A DNA stretch of 64,000 nt from Gracilinanus agilis (Eukaryota): contig NC_058133.1 in the NCBI RefSeq assembly GCF_016433145.1, forward strand, positions 256,915,560 to 256,979,559, in the 5' to 3' direction. A program made the translations under genes and the position numbers. Position 1 is the first letter of the stretch; each line of letters starts with the position of its first letter. Positions 24,701 through 37,939 of this stretch are shown here, one piece after another. The notes below the pieces were generated by a model, which had not been told where the DNA came from, did no database searches, and worked only from the letters and a program-made list of their open reading frames with translations.

Positions 24701-27700
24701 CTTCCTAGGCCCCACCATTAATGTCCTTTCTCTCCCTCTCCCATTCCTCTACCCCAGGGCATGTTATTGCTCCTTGTTTCTCTCACAGAAGAAGCAGAGG
24801 CAGAACTTGCCTGCCTAGCCAACAATGGAGGGGAAGAAGAGAAAGAGAAATTAAGACTTGATTGGGTTAGAGAAACTTTGGAATTCTCCTATCTCAAAGG
24901 AGCCAGCACTTCTACTGGGCTGATCATAACCTCATTTCTTAGGCTTATAATTATACACCTCTTTATGTAGGTATAAACCTTGCCTACCAAAACAGAATCT
25001 TCAGCTACTTCCCTTGACACTCAAAAGAAAATGTCCAGTACCTAGGCAATCTCCCCTTCCCAGCAATGCTTTGTTCCAACTCACCCACCTCTATCCTATG
25101 CACTATATCCTTACTTCTCTCATCATTCAGAATCACTCACTTGGGAGCTGGGGTTGGACCAGGAGGAGAGGACTCAGGGCTACGGGGCTGGGTGCTTTCC
25201 TCTGGGTCTCCTGCTTCCATGGGCTCTCGTGAGGGAGCTTCACCCTCTGATGGTTCAGGAGCTTCTGGGCTTAAGGATGATGACTCCGAAGTAGGTGGTG
25301 GTGGCTGTTGCTGTTGCTGTTGCTGTTGCCCTCCATTAGCTCGGCCCTAAAGGTTAGGAAAGAATGAAGGTTAATGAGGGGAGACTGAGTCAAAATTGGA
25401 AGGCTATACAATTCAAAATACAGAAGACTAAATTTCAACACGTAAATTCTCTGAACATATTATTTGCAAAAAAGTAAATAAGAAAGCAGAAAGACCTATT
25501 TCCCAACCCCAATGAGGACAGAACCCAAGATAATTAATTGTCAGATGCTACCATAAGAGCAACTCAGGTGAGAGCAAATGAAAAATAGTTTAAAACACTG
25601 GAATGAAGAACATTAAAAACAACTGTGGGACATTTTCCCGCTCAGAGGATACAATAAAGGTTCTTTGTGTGAAAGGAGTCAAGAAATAGCTTCCTAGACT
25701 CAGAGACCTAGGAGGGATATGAATAACATGACTTCTCCAAGTCCTTGTCCTTTCCCAAAATCTCAGAATAAAGAAAACTGAAATGGGAACAAAGATGGAG
25801 TCACAGAAACTTACCATGACCACAACACAAGTCAAATTCTGAAAAGAGGCAACCCAAGAATAAATGTGCACCAGTCTCTCCCCTACATACCTCCAAACGG
25901 GATAGCACAGCCTGTATGTCTCTCAGCATATGCTGGGCCATAACCAGTCGAACACGAGGCTCACTCTGGAAATCAAAAATCAAGGACAGAAAAGCAAATG
26001 GTCAAAAATGGGTGAAGACATTAGACCCATAATCCTACCCAAACCAGGCCTCTGCCTTCTCACAGAATCTGTAGTTGAATGAACCTCAGAGGCCAGATAG
26101 TCCAACCCATACCTGAAAAAGAATTCATTCTACAACATACCCAGCAACTGGTCATCCAGTCTTTCCTCAAGACCTGCAGTGAGGGGGAACCCACTGCCTT
26201 CCGAGGCAGCCCATTCCACATTTGGATTGGAATCTAATTATTGGTTAGTTTTTCTTTATAACAAGTCTAAATCTGCCTCTTCACAACTTCAACCCATTGC
26301 TTCTAGTTCTGCTCTCTGGGGGCAGAAAGTTTCATCCCTCTTCCACACATGACAAGCCCTTCAAATATTGGAAGACAACAATATTCTCCCTATGTCTTCT
26401 CTTCCCTAGGTTAGCCATCCCCAATTCTTTCAACCAATCCTCATATGTATGGCATGATCTTGAGGCCCTTTCACCATCCTTGGTTGCCCTCCTCTGGATG
26501 CTCTCCAGCTTATCAACGTCCTTCCTAAAACGTGGCACCCAGGACACAACACAATAGATGTCTCTGCGCGGAGTAGATAATTCCACTGTACACATTGTAC
26601 ATTGTGTACAAATCCCCATCTCAAGTTCATTCCCTCCCAAATACCCTGCCCTGATGTTCCCAGCCCCTGGATACCTGGATTGGCGCCTGTTCCATGTTTA
26701 TATGAACATCCACAGCAGAGCCGTCGCTCTGGGGGGAGGGGGGGAGGGGAGGGAAGGGGCAGGGAGGGGGGAGAGAGGATGCTGTGACAACTGAGCTCTA
26801 GAACTCAGGTATCCATGCCCCCACCCCCAACTCTCTCCCTCCAACCTCACTACCCAAGAAAGAGACAGGTTATCAGGCCTTCCAGATCCCCGCCTTCCAA
26901 CCCGAAGACCTAAGTATCTGGCCTTCCAATTTTTCCCACCCAGCCACTTCCATCAACCCCCCCAACAAAGACACAGCTTTGCACTCCAGCTTACAGGGAG
27001 ATTGAAGGTCCCAACCATGACATAACTGTTAGCATTCCGGTCATGAACAGGTGCTCCAGGACCTCGAGGACCAGTTGGGGGGCCTCCACCATGGGTGGCT
27101 GAGGGAGATCCTGCCCCCGAGGCAACCCCAGAGGATGGAGGCTGGGTCTGTGGAGGAGCCCGCTCCACTAGGTGTATCACCTTTCCCCCAACATCTGTAG
27201 TACAGAAGCAAAGAAAAGAGAGGAGTGAGGGAGAAGAGTCAGCTAACTGCCTCACCCTTGCCCCCTACCAAGCAAATACTCCTTCTCCTAAAGCCCAGTA
27301 TAGTCCCTTACTATATTCCTGTAGCTTCTTCTCATCCTGCAAAACTCGACCCTGATATATGAGTCGCTGTTTCTCAGAAGGGATGCTGACAGAGGCAGCA
27401 ATATGCTCTTTAAATTCCTTCACTGTCATCTGCAGAGATGAAGAACAGGAAGAAAGGTCAAAGAATATCTAATGGAGAACATCAGACAATTAGTGAGAGG
27501 CTGAGTCATATAAAAGTTATAAGAATCAATGCTCATTTTTGTACATTTGTGAAGTATCCACTGCAAAGTTCTGTGCTGGGAAAAATTTGATAGAAAATAG
27601 CAATTAAAAAAAAAAAGCTTCTCATTTATTATTTATTTTTAGGGTTTTCTTTTTAAATTTTGAGTTGCAAATTCTTTCCCTCCCACGTCTACTTGGAAGG

Positions 27701-29297
27701 CAAGCAATATAATACCAATTATACACGTGAAATCACAGTAATGGAAATCCTTTATGGAAATCTGATGGTAGGCCCAGGAGAGAATTGGGAAATAAGAACA
27801 AAAAATTCCCATCAAGTTCTCCACTCTCTCCCGTTCTATGCCTGGAGTTATAGGGAGGGAGGTCCATAACACAGGTATAAGTACAACTAAACAGAGAACA
27901 TTTTGTGAGGGAAAAGAAACTGTCTCAGGCACAGGATCTCTGATCACATTCAGTTTATCAGACTAGATTAGTGACTCATATGTCAAAAAAATGGACTTTT
28001 TGTCTATAAATAATACACATACAAATAAATACACATGCATAGATGTTCTTTCTTACATTGCTATAGTTACATGAGGTTCACAGTAATAGTAACAATAAAC
28101 ATTTACATAGCATTTTATGATTTTGCAAAAGCAAACAACAATAAGACAGATATTAAAAGTTCATCTCTATTTCATCCATAAAGAAATCTAGATTTTGAGA
28201 TTAAGTGATATTATCCAAGGTCATTTAGCTAGTACTACTGCCAGGAATCAAGCCCACATCTTTCCTGACTCCAAGTGTACTACTATTTCTACTATACTAA
28301 TCAACTAAGCTAGATTTCTGATGCATCCCAACCCAGTGTTTTGTCCCTATCAAAGGGGATAATTTGAAGTAAAACTTGGTTTTTTTCTCCATGAGAGTTC
28401 AAAAGTTGGGAATATTCTCCAAACAATTCTAACAATTCAAACAATTATTATCTTTAATTTCATCCATGTGATACTTATTTTATTAATATAGATCAGAACT
28501 ATTCTAATATTTAAATCATACTAATAAACAACTGTAACCAAAAATTTTGTCGTCTGTAGGATAATCTTCTGATAATTACCCTCTTTTGAGTAGAGTATTT
28601 CCCAGATGCCAAGATACTTAGTACACTGTTGGATCCATAATCAAAGCCTTTCCAGCTTGGTGGGATTTAGAAGGCCTTGTGATTTGTTGGCCTTGCCCTT
28701 GAGAGCCAAACTATGATAAGCTAGCAATGTTAGGAGAAGAGATATCTCTAATTACCCTTCGTATTTTTTCAAGTCTACTAGTGGTTTCTGACTGTGTGCA
28801 TTCCTTCCCTCTCTCTCAAAAGACAGATTCGCTATCTTTTCTCATTAAGGTTGGAATCTCCTCAAGGATAGGAAATAAACTCCTTTTGCCTCTAGAATTC
28901 TTCCAAGAGTATATGTGTATAAACAGCAGAGGGAGAGAGACTTAAAGGAAATGAATCTCCTTATGACCCAAATAATAACCAGAAGACTGTGTTTCTTTAT
29001 CTACAAAATGAAGAAAATTAGATGACCTCTAAACTACTTTCCAGTTCTAAAATCCACCAAATGATGTTCCATATGAATAGTATAAAAAGAAAATAAGAGA
29101 ATCTGAGGGTCTTTGCCCCAGGATGAGAGAGTTGTTAAGGGGCAACCATTTACAGATTCTCCCAGAACTTCTGATCCCATAGCTCTCACCTCAGCCCCCA
29201 CAGTGAAGGTTCGAGTCTGGGAGTCCAAGGTCTTCACCAGTACCTCCAAACTGGCTGGCTCCTCCATAGCAGTGCTGCTACTATCACTGGGTTCCAT
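15737..29297 (-). CDS. BAG6: BAG cochaperone 6 (BAT3/Scythe), 25 coding exons, 1149 aa
   Basis: Exons on - strand: 29297-29190 (ATG), 27429-27312, 27194-26995, 26728-26675, 25965-25891, 25346-25141, 24656-24527, 23105-22908, 22602-22350, 21871-21794, 21687-21580, 21434-21322, 21180-21096, 20117-19840, 19409-19115, 18817-18648, 18355-18302, 18040-17938, 17856-17732, 17559-17413, 17262-17206, 17097-16954, 16850-16743, 16358-16212, 15832-15737 (TAG). Total 3450 nt, all phases consistent. N-terminal UBL domain ([15 protein letters not shown]...[12 protein letters not shown]), NLS MPAKRRK, C-terminal BAG-similar domain ending RAFADDP*. Confidence 0.97.
20691..20901 (+). mobile_element. SINE1_Mdo-like SINE in BAG6 intron
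   Basis: GGGGCAGCTGGGTAGCTCAGTGG head, A-rich tail, TSD ATTTTCAG (20684-20691 / 20902-20909). Confidence 0.9.
23297..23490 (+). mobile_element. Diverged SINE1-like SINE
   Basis: GTGGCTCAGTG...GGGCAAGTCACTTAACCCC...AAGTAAGGGTTTAAAA body and tail. Confidence 0.8.
23746..23926 (+). mobile_element. SINE1-like SINE
   Basis: GGGGCAGCTAGG head, GGTTCAAAT B-box, flanked by approximate TSD AATT(C)AAAGTAG. Confidence 0.8.
26070..26575 (-). mobile_element. CR1/L3 LINE 3' fragment in BAG6 intron
   Basis: Minus-strand frame [26 protein letters not shown]...WLKELG matches the CR1 ORF2 C-terminus and is followed by an L3-type 3' UTR. Confidence 0.85.
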
Positions 29298-29629
29298 GAC
29301 CAACAAGCTAAAGAAAGGAAAACTAAGCAATTATCATACAGTCAGAAGTAATTAGATTCCTACATCCCAACTGATGATCCAAACTCTCCCATAGTTCTCA
29401 AGGCATCTAAGTCTCTCCACCCATATTCCTCCACCCCCCCCTCCAAGCTTGCCTGCATACACACATTCTACTTCTAACCCTAAGTAAGGGGGAGAGGAAA
29501 AAACAAGAGCAAGAACTCAGAAAAGGAAGAGGATTTTAAATAAAGCCTATCATGACATCGAGGCAGCATTTAACAGGACAGGAATCATGACCCAAATATT
29601 GACATGGATGAGGAGAAGGGGGGGATGGG

Positions 29630-30900
29630 GAGCGGTGCGTCGCGCGCAGGGTAAAGGCCTGGATAAGGTCGGGAGAAGCCCCGGCGGTCAAGGTGAGAAG
29701 GGATCAGAGAAGCATTAGCCACACTTGCGCACCATGCCACGCCCACCGCGATAGGCAGCCCTCGAGCCTGCTTCTGTCGCGACAGAGGGGGGATCGGGAC
29801 AATGACGAAAGGAAAAAGGCGACCCCTGGGCTAGCTAGATGTCACCCCCTCCCCTCGGTGGCACGGCAAGAACTACGCACAAACAGAAACACACAATACG
29901 TACATATATGTACACATACATACACACTAACTGGTTCACATACACACACATACACACACATACACACCTGCCCCGCGGCTCCGCCCCCGGCCTCCCGGCG
30001 GCAACGCCACTTCCGGTTCTGCCCCCAAGTTTCCGCCGACGAACACTTCCTGTTCCCCGATAGAAACTGGGGGGTCGCGAGATGGCCCTTCCGGTTCCCC
30101 CAATCCCCAAGATTTCCTTCTGTGGGGTACGACGAGGAAAGGGGCGGCCCCGGGCGCCGGGGAGCCCCTAGAAGGAAACGAGTCGGGGCTCGGCCTAGGT
30201 GGGAGGGAGCCGAGCACCCAGAGGAGCTACCGCCGCCGCCTCCCGGGGGACCTTACTGCGCTTGCGCACACCACAGTGCGCCTGCGTACATGATTGAGGA
30301 CCCGCCCCACTGATTGGGTTCACCAGCCTACAGTACGCGCCTGCGCCATAGCGCGAGGAGGGTGGGGAGGTCGCGTTGCGGATGACTACAGCAAATGTCT
30401 GAAAGTAATTTTCCCTCTGGAGCTTTGCGCCTTCCTGTTGAAAGAGCTGTTCTATAGTGAGCTGATCATGTGTGCCTTTGGCATACTTCTAATATGTAAG
30501 GAAATTCGTGATTGGCAACGACTTTCGGGCGGCAATGTTTTAGATACCTAAAATAATCGTATTTTCCTTCCTTAGCTGCCCTTTAATTAGGCGTTAGGGG
30601 CAGTGAGTACTGGCGCTCCCCGCCATGTTGACTCAAGAGGTACGGGATAGCGGCCATATTTCTTTTGGGCAACGAGAAGTTTTCCAGGTTGGGATGGTTG
30701 CGTGGGCGGGTCCGCCATTTTTTTCCTCCTAATTATCACGAGGATAGTACAGCTACATTTTGGTATCTGTCTGCCTTAAATTGAGGGGGCGGGGAAGAGG
30801 AAAAGATGTCACCATATTTTTTGAGGGCGGAGATTGCTGCCATTTTGTTATCCTTGATTAAAATCTAGTGGGGGAGGGGAAATGGATGGCGGTAACTGGC
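29630..30900 (-). promoter_or_regulatory. BAG6: CpG-island promoter and non-coding exon 1 region of BAG6 (probably bidirectional)
   Basis: Dense CpG in a CpG-poor genome. ETS motif ACTTCCGG (~30009-30016), BANP-type TCGCGAGA (30075-30082), NRF1-like TGCGCTTGCGCA (~30256), CCAAT boxes (ATTGG ~30314, ~30511), GC boxes, and several YY1 GCCATNTT motifs (30621-30847). Confidence 0.85.
29896..29968. repeat. Imperfect (CA/TA)n microsatellite within the BAG6 promoter/exon 1
   Basis: TACATATATGTACACATACATACACAC...CATACACACACATACACACACATACACACC. Confidence 0.85.
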
Positions 30901-31334
30901 TGCCGGAAAAACCACTACCCCGCAGGGGGGAGCCCGAGGAAGTTCGTACCATACAGAAATGTGACAAAAAAGAGCAGGTCTAGGGGGCTAGGCCTCCAAA
31001 ACCCTGGAGGGTCACAATTTCAGAACAATAAAGGACTTAAGAAACCTTTATTCCAGAACTCGTACCTCAACAAAAGCAACTCCCCAAGAAATTCCCAAGT
31101 GGTCATCAAAGTTCTGCTTGAAGACCTGGATAAGAAGTAACTGCTATTTTTAACAGTCCAGTCTGCTTTTAGATAGCTTTCATTGTCAAGATGTTTTTCC
31201 AACATTGGGACTAAAATATGCTAAAGACAAAAATTGATATACCCAATGCTATTTCATTGTCTACTTAAATCCAACCAATTCGCTCCCTAGCTCAAAGCCA
31301 CCTTTTTTTTTCACCCCTTATGATTTATTATTCC

Positions 31335-31505
31335 TGTGTCAACAGACATGTTGTCCACAATACAGAAAATAGTTTTGTGATGCCCAGCCTAATCACACCA
31401 CTTTTGGAGTACTGTATTCACTTAAAGGTACCACATTTTAGAAAAGACAATGAAAAAAATAGAGGACATCCAAGGGAAGGCAACCAGGATGGGGAAGGAC
31501 TTGGA
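31335..31505 (+). mobile_element. CR1/L3 fragment
   Basis: Frame TPLLEYCIHLKVPHFRKDNEKNRG..REGNQDGEG resembles the CR1 ORF2 C-terminus. Confidence 0.7.
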
Positions 31506-31512
31506 GAGATTT

Positions 31513-31543
31513 TATACATACATACATATACATACATATATAC

Positions 31544-31578
<35 letters not shown>
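31513..31578. repeat. (TACA)n/(TA)n microsatellite
   Basis: TATACATACATACATATACATACATATATACATTATATATATA... run. Confidence 0.95.
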
Positions 31579-31579
<1 letters not shown>

Positions 31580-31580
<1 letters not shown>

Positions 31581-31797
31581 TGACACTTGGTGAACCTATT
31601 TGGGGTTTTCTTGGCAAAGTTAATGAAGTAATTTGCCATTCCTTCAACACCTTATTTTATAGATGAGGAAACAGGCAAGCAAGGTGAATTGACTGCTCAG
31701 GGTTACATAGCTAGTATTTGTCTGAGGCTGGATTTGAACTCAGGTCTTCCTGACTCCAGGTCCAATGCTCTATCCACTTTGCCACCTAGCTGCCCCT
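31580..31797 (-). mobile_element. MAR1-type (CORE) marsupial SINE
   Basis: GGGGTTTTCTTGGCAAAG...TTTGCCATTCC...GATGAGGAAAC...GGATTTGAACTCAGG...CTAGCTGCCCC. Confidence 0.8.
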
Positions 31798-32111
31798 AAT
31801 ACATATAAATACATGCACACTCTCACACACTGACTGGTTGAAGGAATGGGAGGTGGTTAGCTGGCAAATGAAGACTTAAGGAAAGGATATGAAAACTTTT
31901 TTCAAGAATCTGAAGGGTTCTTTCGCCCTCCAACCATTTCATTTTGGCTCCAGCTAGCAGAACTTGGATATACTGCATTTCTTCCTAACAAGATCCTCCT
32001 GAAATGGAAAGAGCTACTTCCTCTTAAGGTGGTAAGATTCCCCTTACTGGAGTTGTTTAAGCAAAGACTGTATGATCAGTAGTAAAGTATGCTGGAGAAT
32101 GGATTCTTTTT

Positions 32112-32319
32112 TTGTTTGTTGTTTTTGCTTTTTTTTTTTTTTCAATTTTAAATCCTTAACTTCTGTGTATTGACTTATAGGTGGAAGAGTGGTAAGGATA
32201 GGCAATGGGGGTCAAGTGACTTGCCCAGGGTCACACAGCTGGGAAGTGTCTGAGGCCGGATTTGAACCTAGGACCTCCTGTCTGGCTCTCAATCCACTGA
32301 GCTACCCAGCTGCCCCCAT
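32112..32319 (-). mobile_element. Young SINE1_Mdo-like SINE with 17-bp TSD
   Basis: TSD GAGAATGGATTCTTTTT at 32095-32111 and 32320-32336. Confidence 0.92.
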
Positions 32320-33325
32320 GAGAATGGATTCTTTTTAAGGTTTAAGTATATGACCCCTGTGGGTGGGGTGGGGTGGGGTGGCAGGGTATTTGTTTCCTCT
32401 TGTGCGAGGTTGCAACTTTGAGATTCTGTAATTCGAGGTAATGATTTCTTGTCCTATAATTTATCTAAATCCTTGTTTCCCACTGTTGTTTAACTTTTAT
32501 ATGCATCTGTTTTTTTTTAACATTTAAAACTTATACAAAACAGAATTATTTGCTCCACAAACTTTCTCACCTCATGGTCCTAATGCCACCTTCAAATGAT
32601 AATTCCTTCAGGTAGCCTTCTCTGTCTGCTCCTCTTCCCCCCAAACAAACCTCTCTTTAACCCTATTTTGTATTGAGGTGCATTTTGTTAGTATCTCTCC
32701 TATATATTTGTTACTCGTATGTGTTTTGTGCACAATGAGATTTTAAGCTCAGTGATGTAGATAACAGAAAGTAGTTTGATTTATTGGAAAGAGCATGGGA
32801 TTTGGGAGTCAGAAGACTTGGACTGATTGCCAATGCTAATTAGGCAGTCTCAGTAGATAAATTACTTTCTCAGGACCTGTTTGCTTATTTGTCAAAAATG
32901 CAGATTAAACTAGTTGACTTTTTAGCTCCCTTTGAAATCTAATATTATTTCTCTATCTCTGTGCTCAAGACAGTGTTCTTGTATGTTAGAGGCACTTATT
33001 TTTTAATTTAAAAATTTTTTAATGTAGTGATTTTGCTAGTTTATCTTCTTACTTAGATTAATAAGCTTTTTGAAGACAGGGCTTCTGTCTATATTCTCTA
33101 TCACTCACCAGACATAGTATCATGTACAGGTATACAATAGATACTGGTATCAAATGAATGAACGGAAGGCACAATCATCTAGTTAGAAGGTTGCACCCTC
33201 TTCTCCTCCCCCCATCCACTAAGCTCCCAGCTCTCAGTGGTGCTGCAGGTATATAATGTGAGGAGGGGGAAGACAGCCAGAACACTGTCAACAATTCAGA
33301 TTTGGCCTGGAAAAACAAGACTAGA

Positions 33326-33360
33326 GTTACTCATTAGCAGGTTCAGGGGGTCAAGGGTTG
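33326..33360 (+). promoter_or_regulatory. APOM: APOM proximal promoter: HNF1-like site plus nuclear-receptor half-sites
   Basis: GTTACTCATTAGC (33326-33338) matches HNF1 consensus GTTAATNATTAAC at all but two specified positions. It is followed by GGTTCA..GGGTCA and an LRH-1-like TCAAGGG, ~120 nt upstream of the ATG. HNF1A regulation of APOM is established in placental mammals. Confidence 0.7.
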
Positions 33361-33452
33361 AGGAAAGGGGGCCAGAGGCTGCAGTGGACAGAACTCTCAG
33401 AGGAGAGTGGTTTCAGACAGCTGCCACTTTTGCATTAGATTAGTCTTTGAGG

Positions 33453-35485
<2,033 letters not shown>

Positions 35486-35565
35486 CCTGTGCCCTCAACT
35501 CTTCTACCCAGACACTTTGGAAGGCTGGGTAGGGAGCTGGAGACCTCTTGCTCCCTTTCAAGAAC

Positions 35566-35571
35566 AATAAA
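35566..35571 (+). terminator. APOM: APOM polyadenylation signal AATAAA
   Basis: AATAAA 80 nt after the stop codon. Confidence 0.85.
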
Positions 35572-36128
35572 GATGATTGTCTGAACTTTGTCTGTTACTG
35601 GGGCTAGCCTACAGGCACCAGTTTCACTCTCCTTCCCCACCCTTTCAGCCCCCTTGCCCTTTTTTCCCTAAGGATAATTCACTGTCCCCAGACACCCAAC
35701 TTTGGCTTCATCGTCGATAGGAAGGAGACTGGAAGCGGTGTTAATAACTTCCCTTTTGTAGTGGTATATTTTAGGAGATCAGTGCAACAATGACTGCTAA
35801 GTGATCAAGCCTCCAAACACTTTAGGTAGGCATGAGTGTTTCCCTAGAGCTCTGCAGTAGCATCCCAAGGCTTTCTGCTGGATTTCCTTGAGCATTGTGA
35901 TTCTCTTTCATATCCTAGCCGAATCTCCAGTTCCAAGCACATCTCTCCTCAACCCATACCCTTCTGGTCCATCAGCTTTATAGCTGACCCCCTTCTCCCA
36001 TTTATGGCTCAGATCCTAGTATCCAATAGATTCCCCTGCCTTTCCCTCGATCTCCCTGTTCTGGATGATTGTCCTGTGGCTAGCAACCTTATCCTTTGGG
36101 GGAATTACATGGGGTAGGGGAGTTCCTT

Positions 36129-36134
36129 TTTATT
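36129..36134 (-). terminator. C6orf47: Candidate C6orf47 polyadenylation signal
   Basis: TTTATT on + strand, ~210 nt past the stop codon. Confidence 0.6.
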
Positions 36135-36343
36135 TTTTTTTAATTGGGGGATAGAAGAATAACACTAAAGAAAAAAAGTGAAAATAGCTGGTGAATTAGA
36201 GAATGATTCTTACTTTTGAGTTGTCTCAGCCCTCTTGCTGGTGGGAGGGGTCTCTATAGGCCACCTTCCCACCCTAGGGGTGTCTCTCCTTTCCCTGAGG
36301 TCCCTGTGTTCCTCAACCCTGCTGTAGTGCCCCAACATCTAGT

Positions 36344-37243
36344 TCACAGGCCCTCCCCACTTCTTTTAATCTCATCTTCCTTCTCCCGGTCTCTTTTCCC
36401 TCCCTCCCAGTTGTATTCCTCCTCCCCAGACACCTGGGTGCTCTCCCGGAGGCTGACAGCCAGTACCAGGGCCTGGAGAAGGCCAAAGAGGCAGGCAAAG
36501 TGGAAGGGGTGTGCAGTGAGCAGGGTAAGGGCCAAGTGAAGTCCATGGAGGGTAACAAGGAAAGAGAGGAGCCCATGCAGCCAAAGCCCCAAAGGTCCCC
36601 TAAGACCTAAGGCATCTAGAATCAGGCGCAGAGGCTTGGAACACAGCCCCAGCAGGGCTGAAGCCAGCAGTTCCAGCAAGTGCAGGGTTAGGTTGGTAGA
36701 GATCTGGAGCCACTCCTCAGAGCCCCCCAAGAACTGTGGGTGGGCCCCCAACCCTCTATTTGTTTCCCCCTGAAGCCAGCCCAGCAGCCTGTGATGATGC
36801 CTTAGTTTCTCCACAGGAGCCTCAGAGTTGAAGGGGTTTGTTTCCCATTTAAGTGGTACCCCTCGTTCTTTAGAGTCTTCTAATTTTGGGGAGTTACTAC
36901 CAACTGTAGGGATCACTCCCCTAGCCTCCAGTTTCCTGGACTCATCAAAATCAAGTATATCCATGCTTGGTTTGGGGGAAACCCTTCTGTCCTCCAGTCG
37001 ATCAGTATTTCCATAGTTGGAAGAGTTCTTGTTCCATTCAGGGGAGGTGCCCCTATCCATTTGCTTCCTGGAGTTCCCAGCCTTCAGCTGGCCCCTATCT
37101 CCCATGGTCTCTGGGGCACTGTCCCAGTCGCTCCCTGAGTTCTCAGGAGAGCTATCCTCCCTTACAGTGCCAGACTCAGGCAGGGGATCTTTTCGGCGGC
37201 CCCAAAAACGGGGCATCCAGCCACCAAGACGTCGAAGAAACAT
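36344..37243 (-). CDS. C6orf47: C6orf47 (G4) orthologue, single-exon, 299 aa
   Basis: ATG at 37243 (the ORF track's start at 37261 is a TTG). MFLRRLGGWMPRFWGRRK...ENSGSDWDSAPETM...LQISTNLTLHLLELLASALLGLCSKPLR...HFACLFGLLQALVLAVSLRE matches human G4; hydrophobic C-terminal helices. Confidence 0.95.
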   Translation of the reverse strand: MFLRRLGGWMPRFWGRRKDPLPESGTVREDSSPENSGSDWDSAPETMGDRGQLKAGNSRKQMDRGTSPEWNKNSSNYGNTDRLEDRRVSPKPSMDILDFDESRKLEARGVIPTVGSNSPKLEDSKERGVPLKWETNPFNSEAPVEKLRHHHRLLGWLQGETNRGLGAHPQFLGGSEEWLQISTNLTLHLLELLASALLGLCSKPLRLILDALGLRGPLGLWLHGLLSFLVTLHGLHLALTLLTAHPFHFACLFGLLQALVLAVSLRESTQVSGEEEYNWEGGKRDREKEDEIKRSGEGL

Positions 37244-37939
37244 AGTTTGGGTGATGGGCAAGGAGAATCCCCCAGACTTCTGGGATCTCCTCCAGGTGTT
37301 CTCTGGCCCACAGGCTCCTAGGAGGTCTGGAGAGGCTCCCCAGATGCCAGGTCTGTTCCAACTCCAGGGAGTTCCTGCTTTGTGGCCCTAGTAGTTCTGC
37401 AGAGACTCCCAGTTTTTTATCAGATTCTCAGTTTCCTTCTCTTATGATCTGAGGGGGCACTTTTTCCACTCCCAAGAATGTCACTGGAAATTCCAGGGAA
37501 GAGACTGGGGACACTATAGGCCTCCAAATTCATTAAAGCCCCCCAAAGATTCCAAGAATGCCCAGGAGGTATATCAGAGCCTTGCACTCCCACAAGTCTT
37601 CCTGCTGTGTTTAGGATAGTGGGCCTATAATGTGGCACCCCAAGTTTCACTCACCAATGCCACAGCCCAAGATGCCACTGCACAAGGGCGCTGTTAGTCC
37701 CAGGAGATGAAGCCCCTCAAAATGGGCAAGAATCCACAGGTTCCTCTGGATCTGATGTGGGGGCGCTGAGAGTATACTCCGTAATCCGCTTCTGTGCTGA
37801 AGGAGAGGTCTGGAAATAGAAAAGGAGTGGTGTGGTCCACCCTCCTGGAAAACTCTCCTCCTCAGGATTCAAGTTTCCCCCGCACGCTTCGGATTTGGGA
37901 GGTCTCAGTATCCCAGAATCTATGCAGGCCAATCCCTGT

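Noticed and set aside
37244-37261. N-terminal extension MPITQT of C6orf47
   Set aside because: The codon at 37261 is TTG; the homologous ATG is at 37243.
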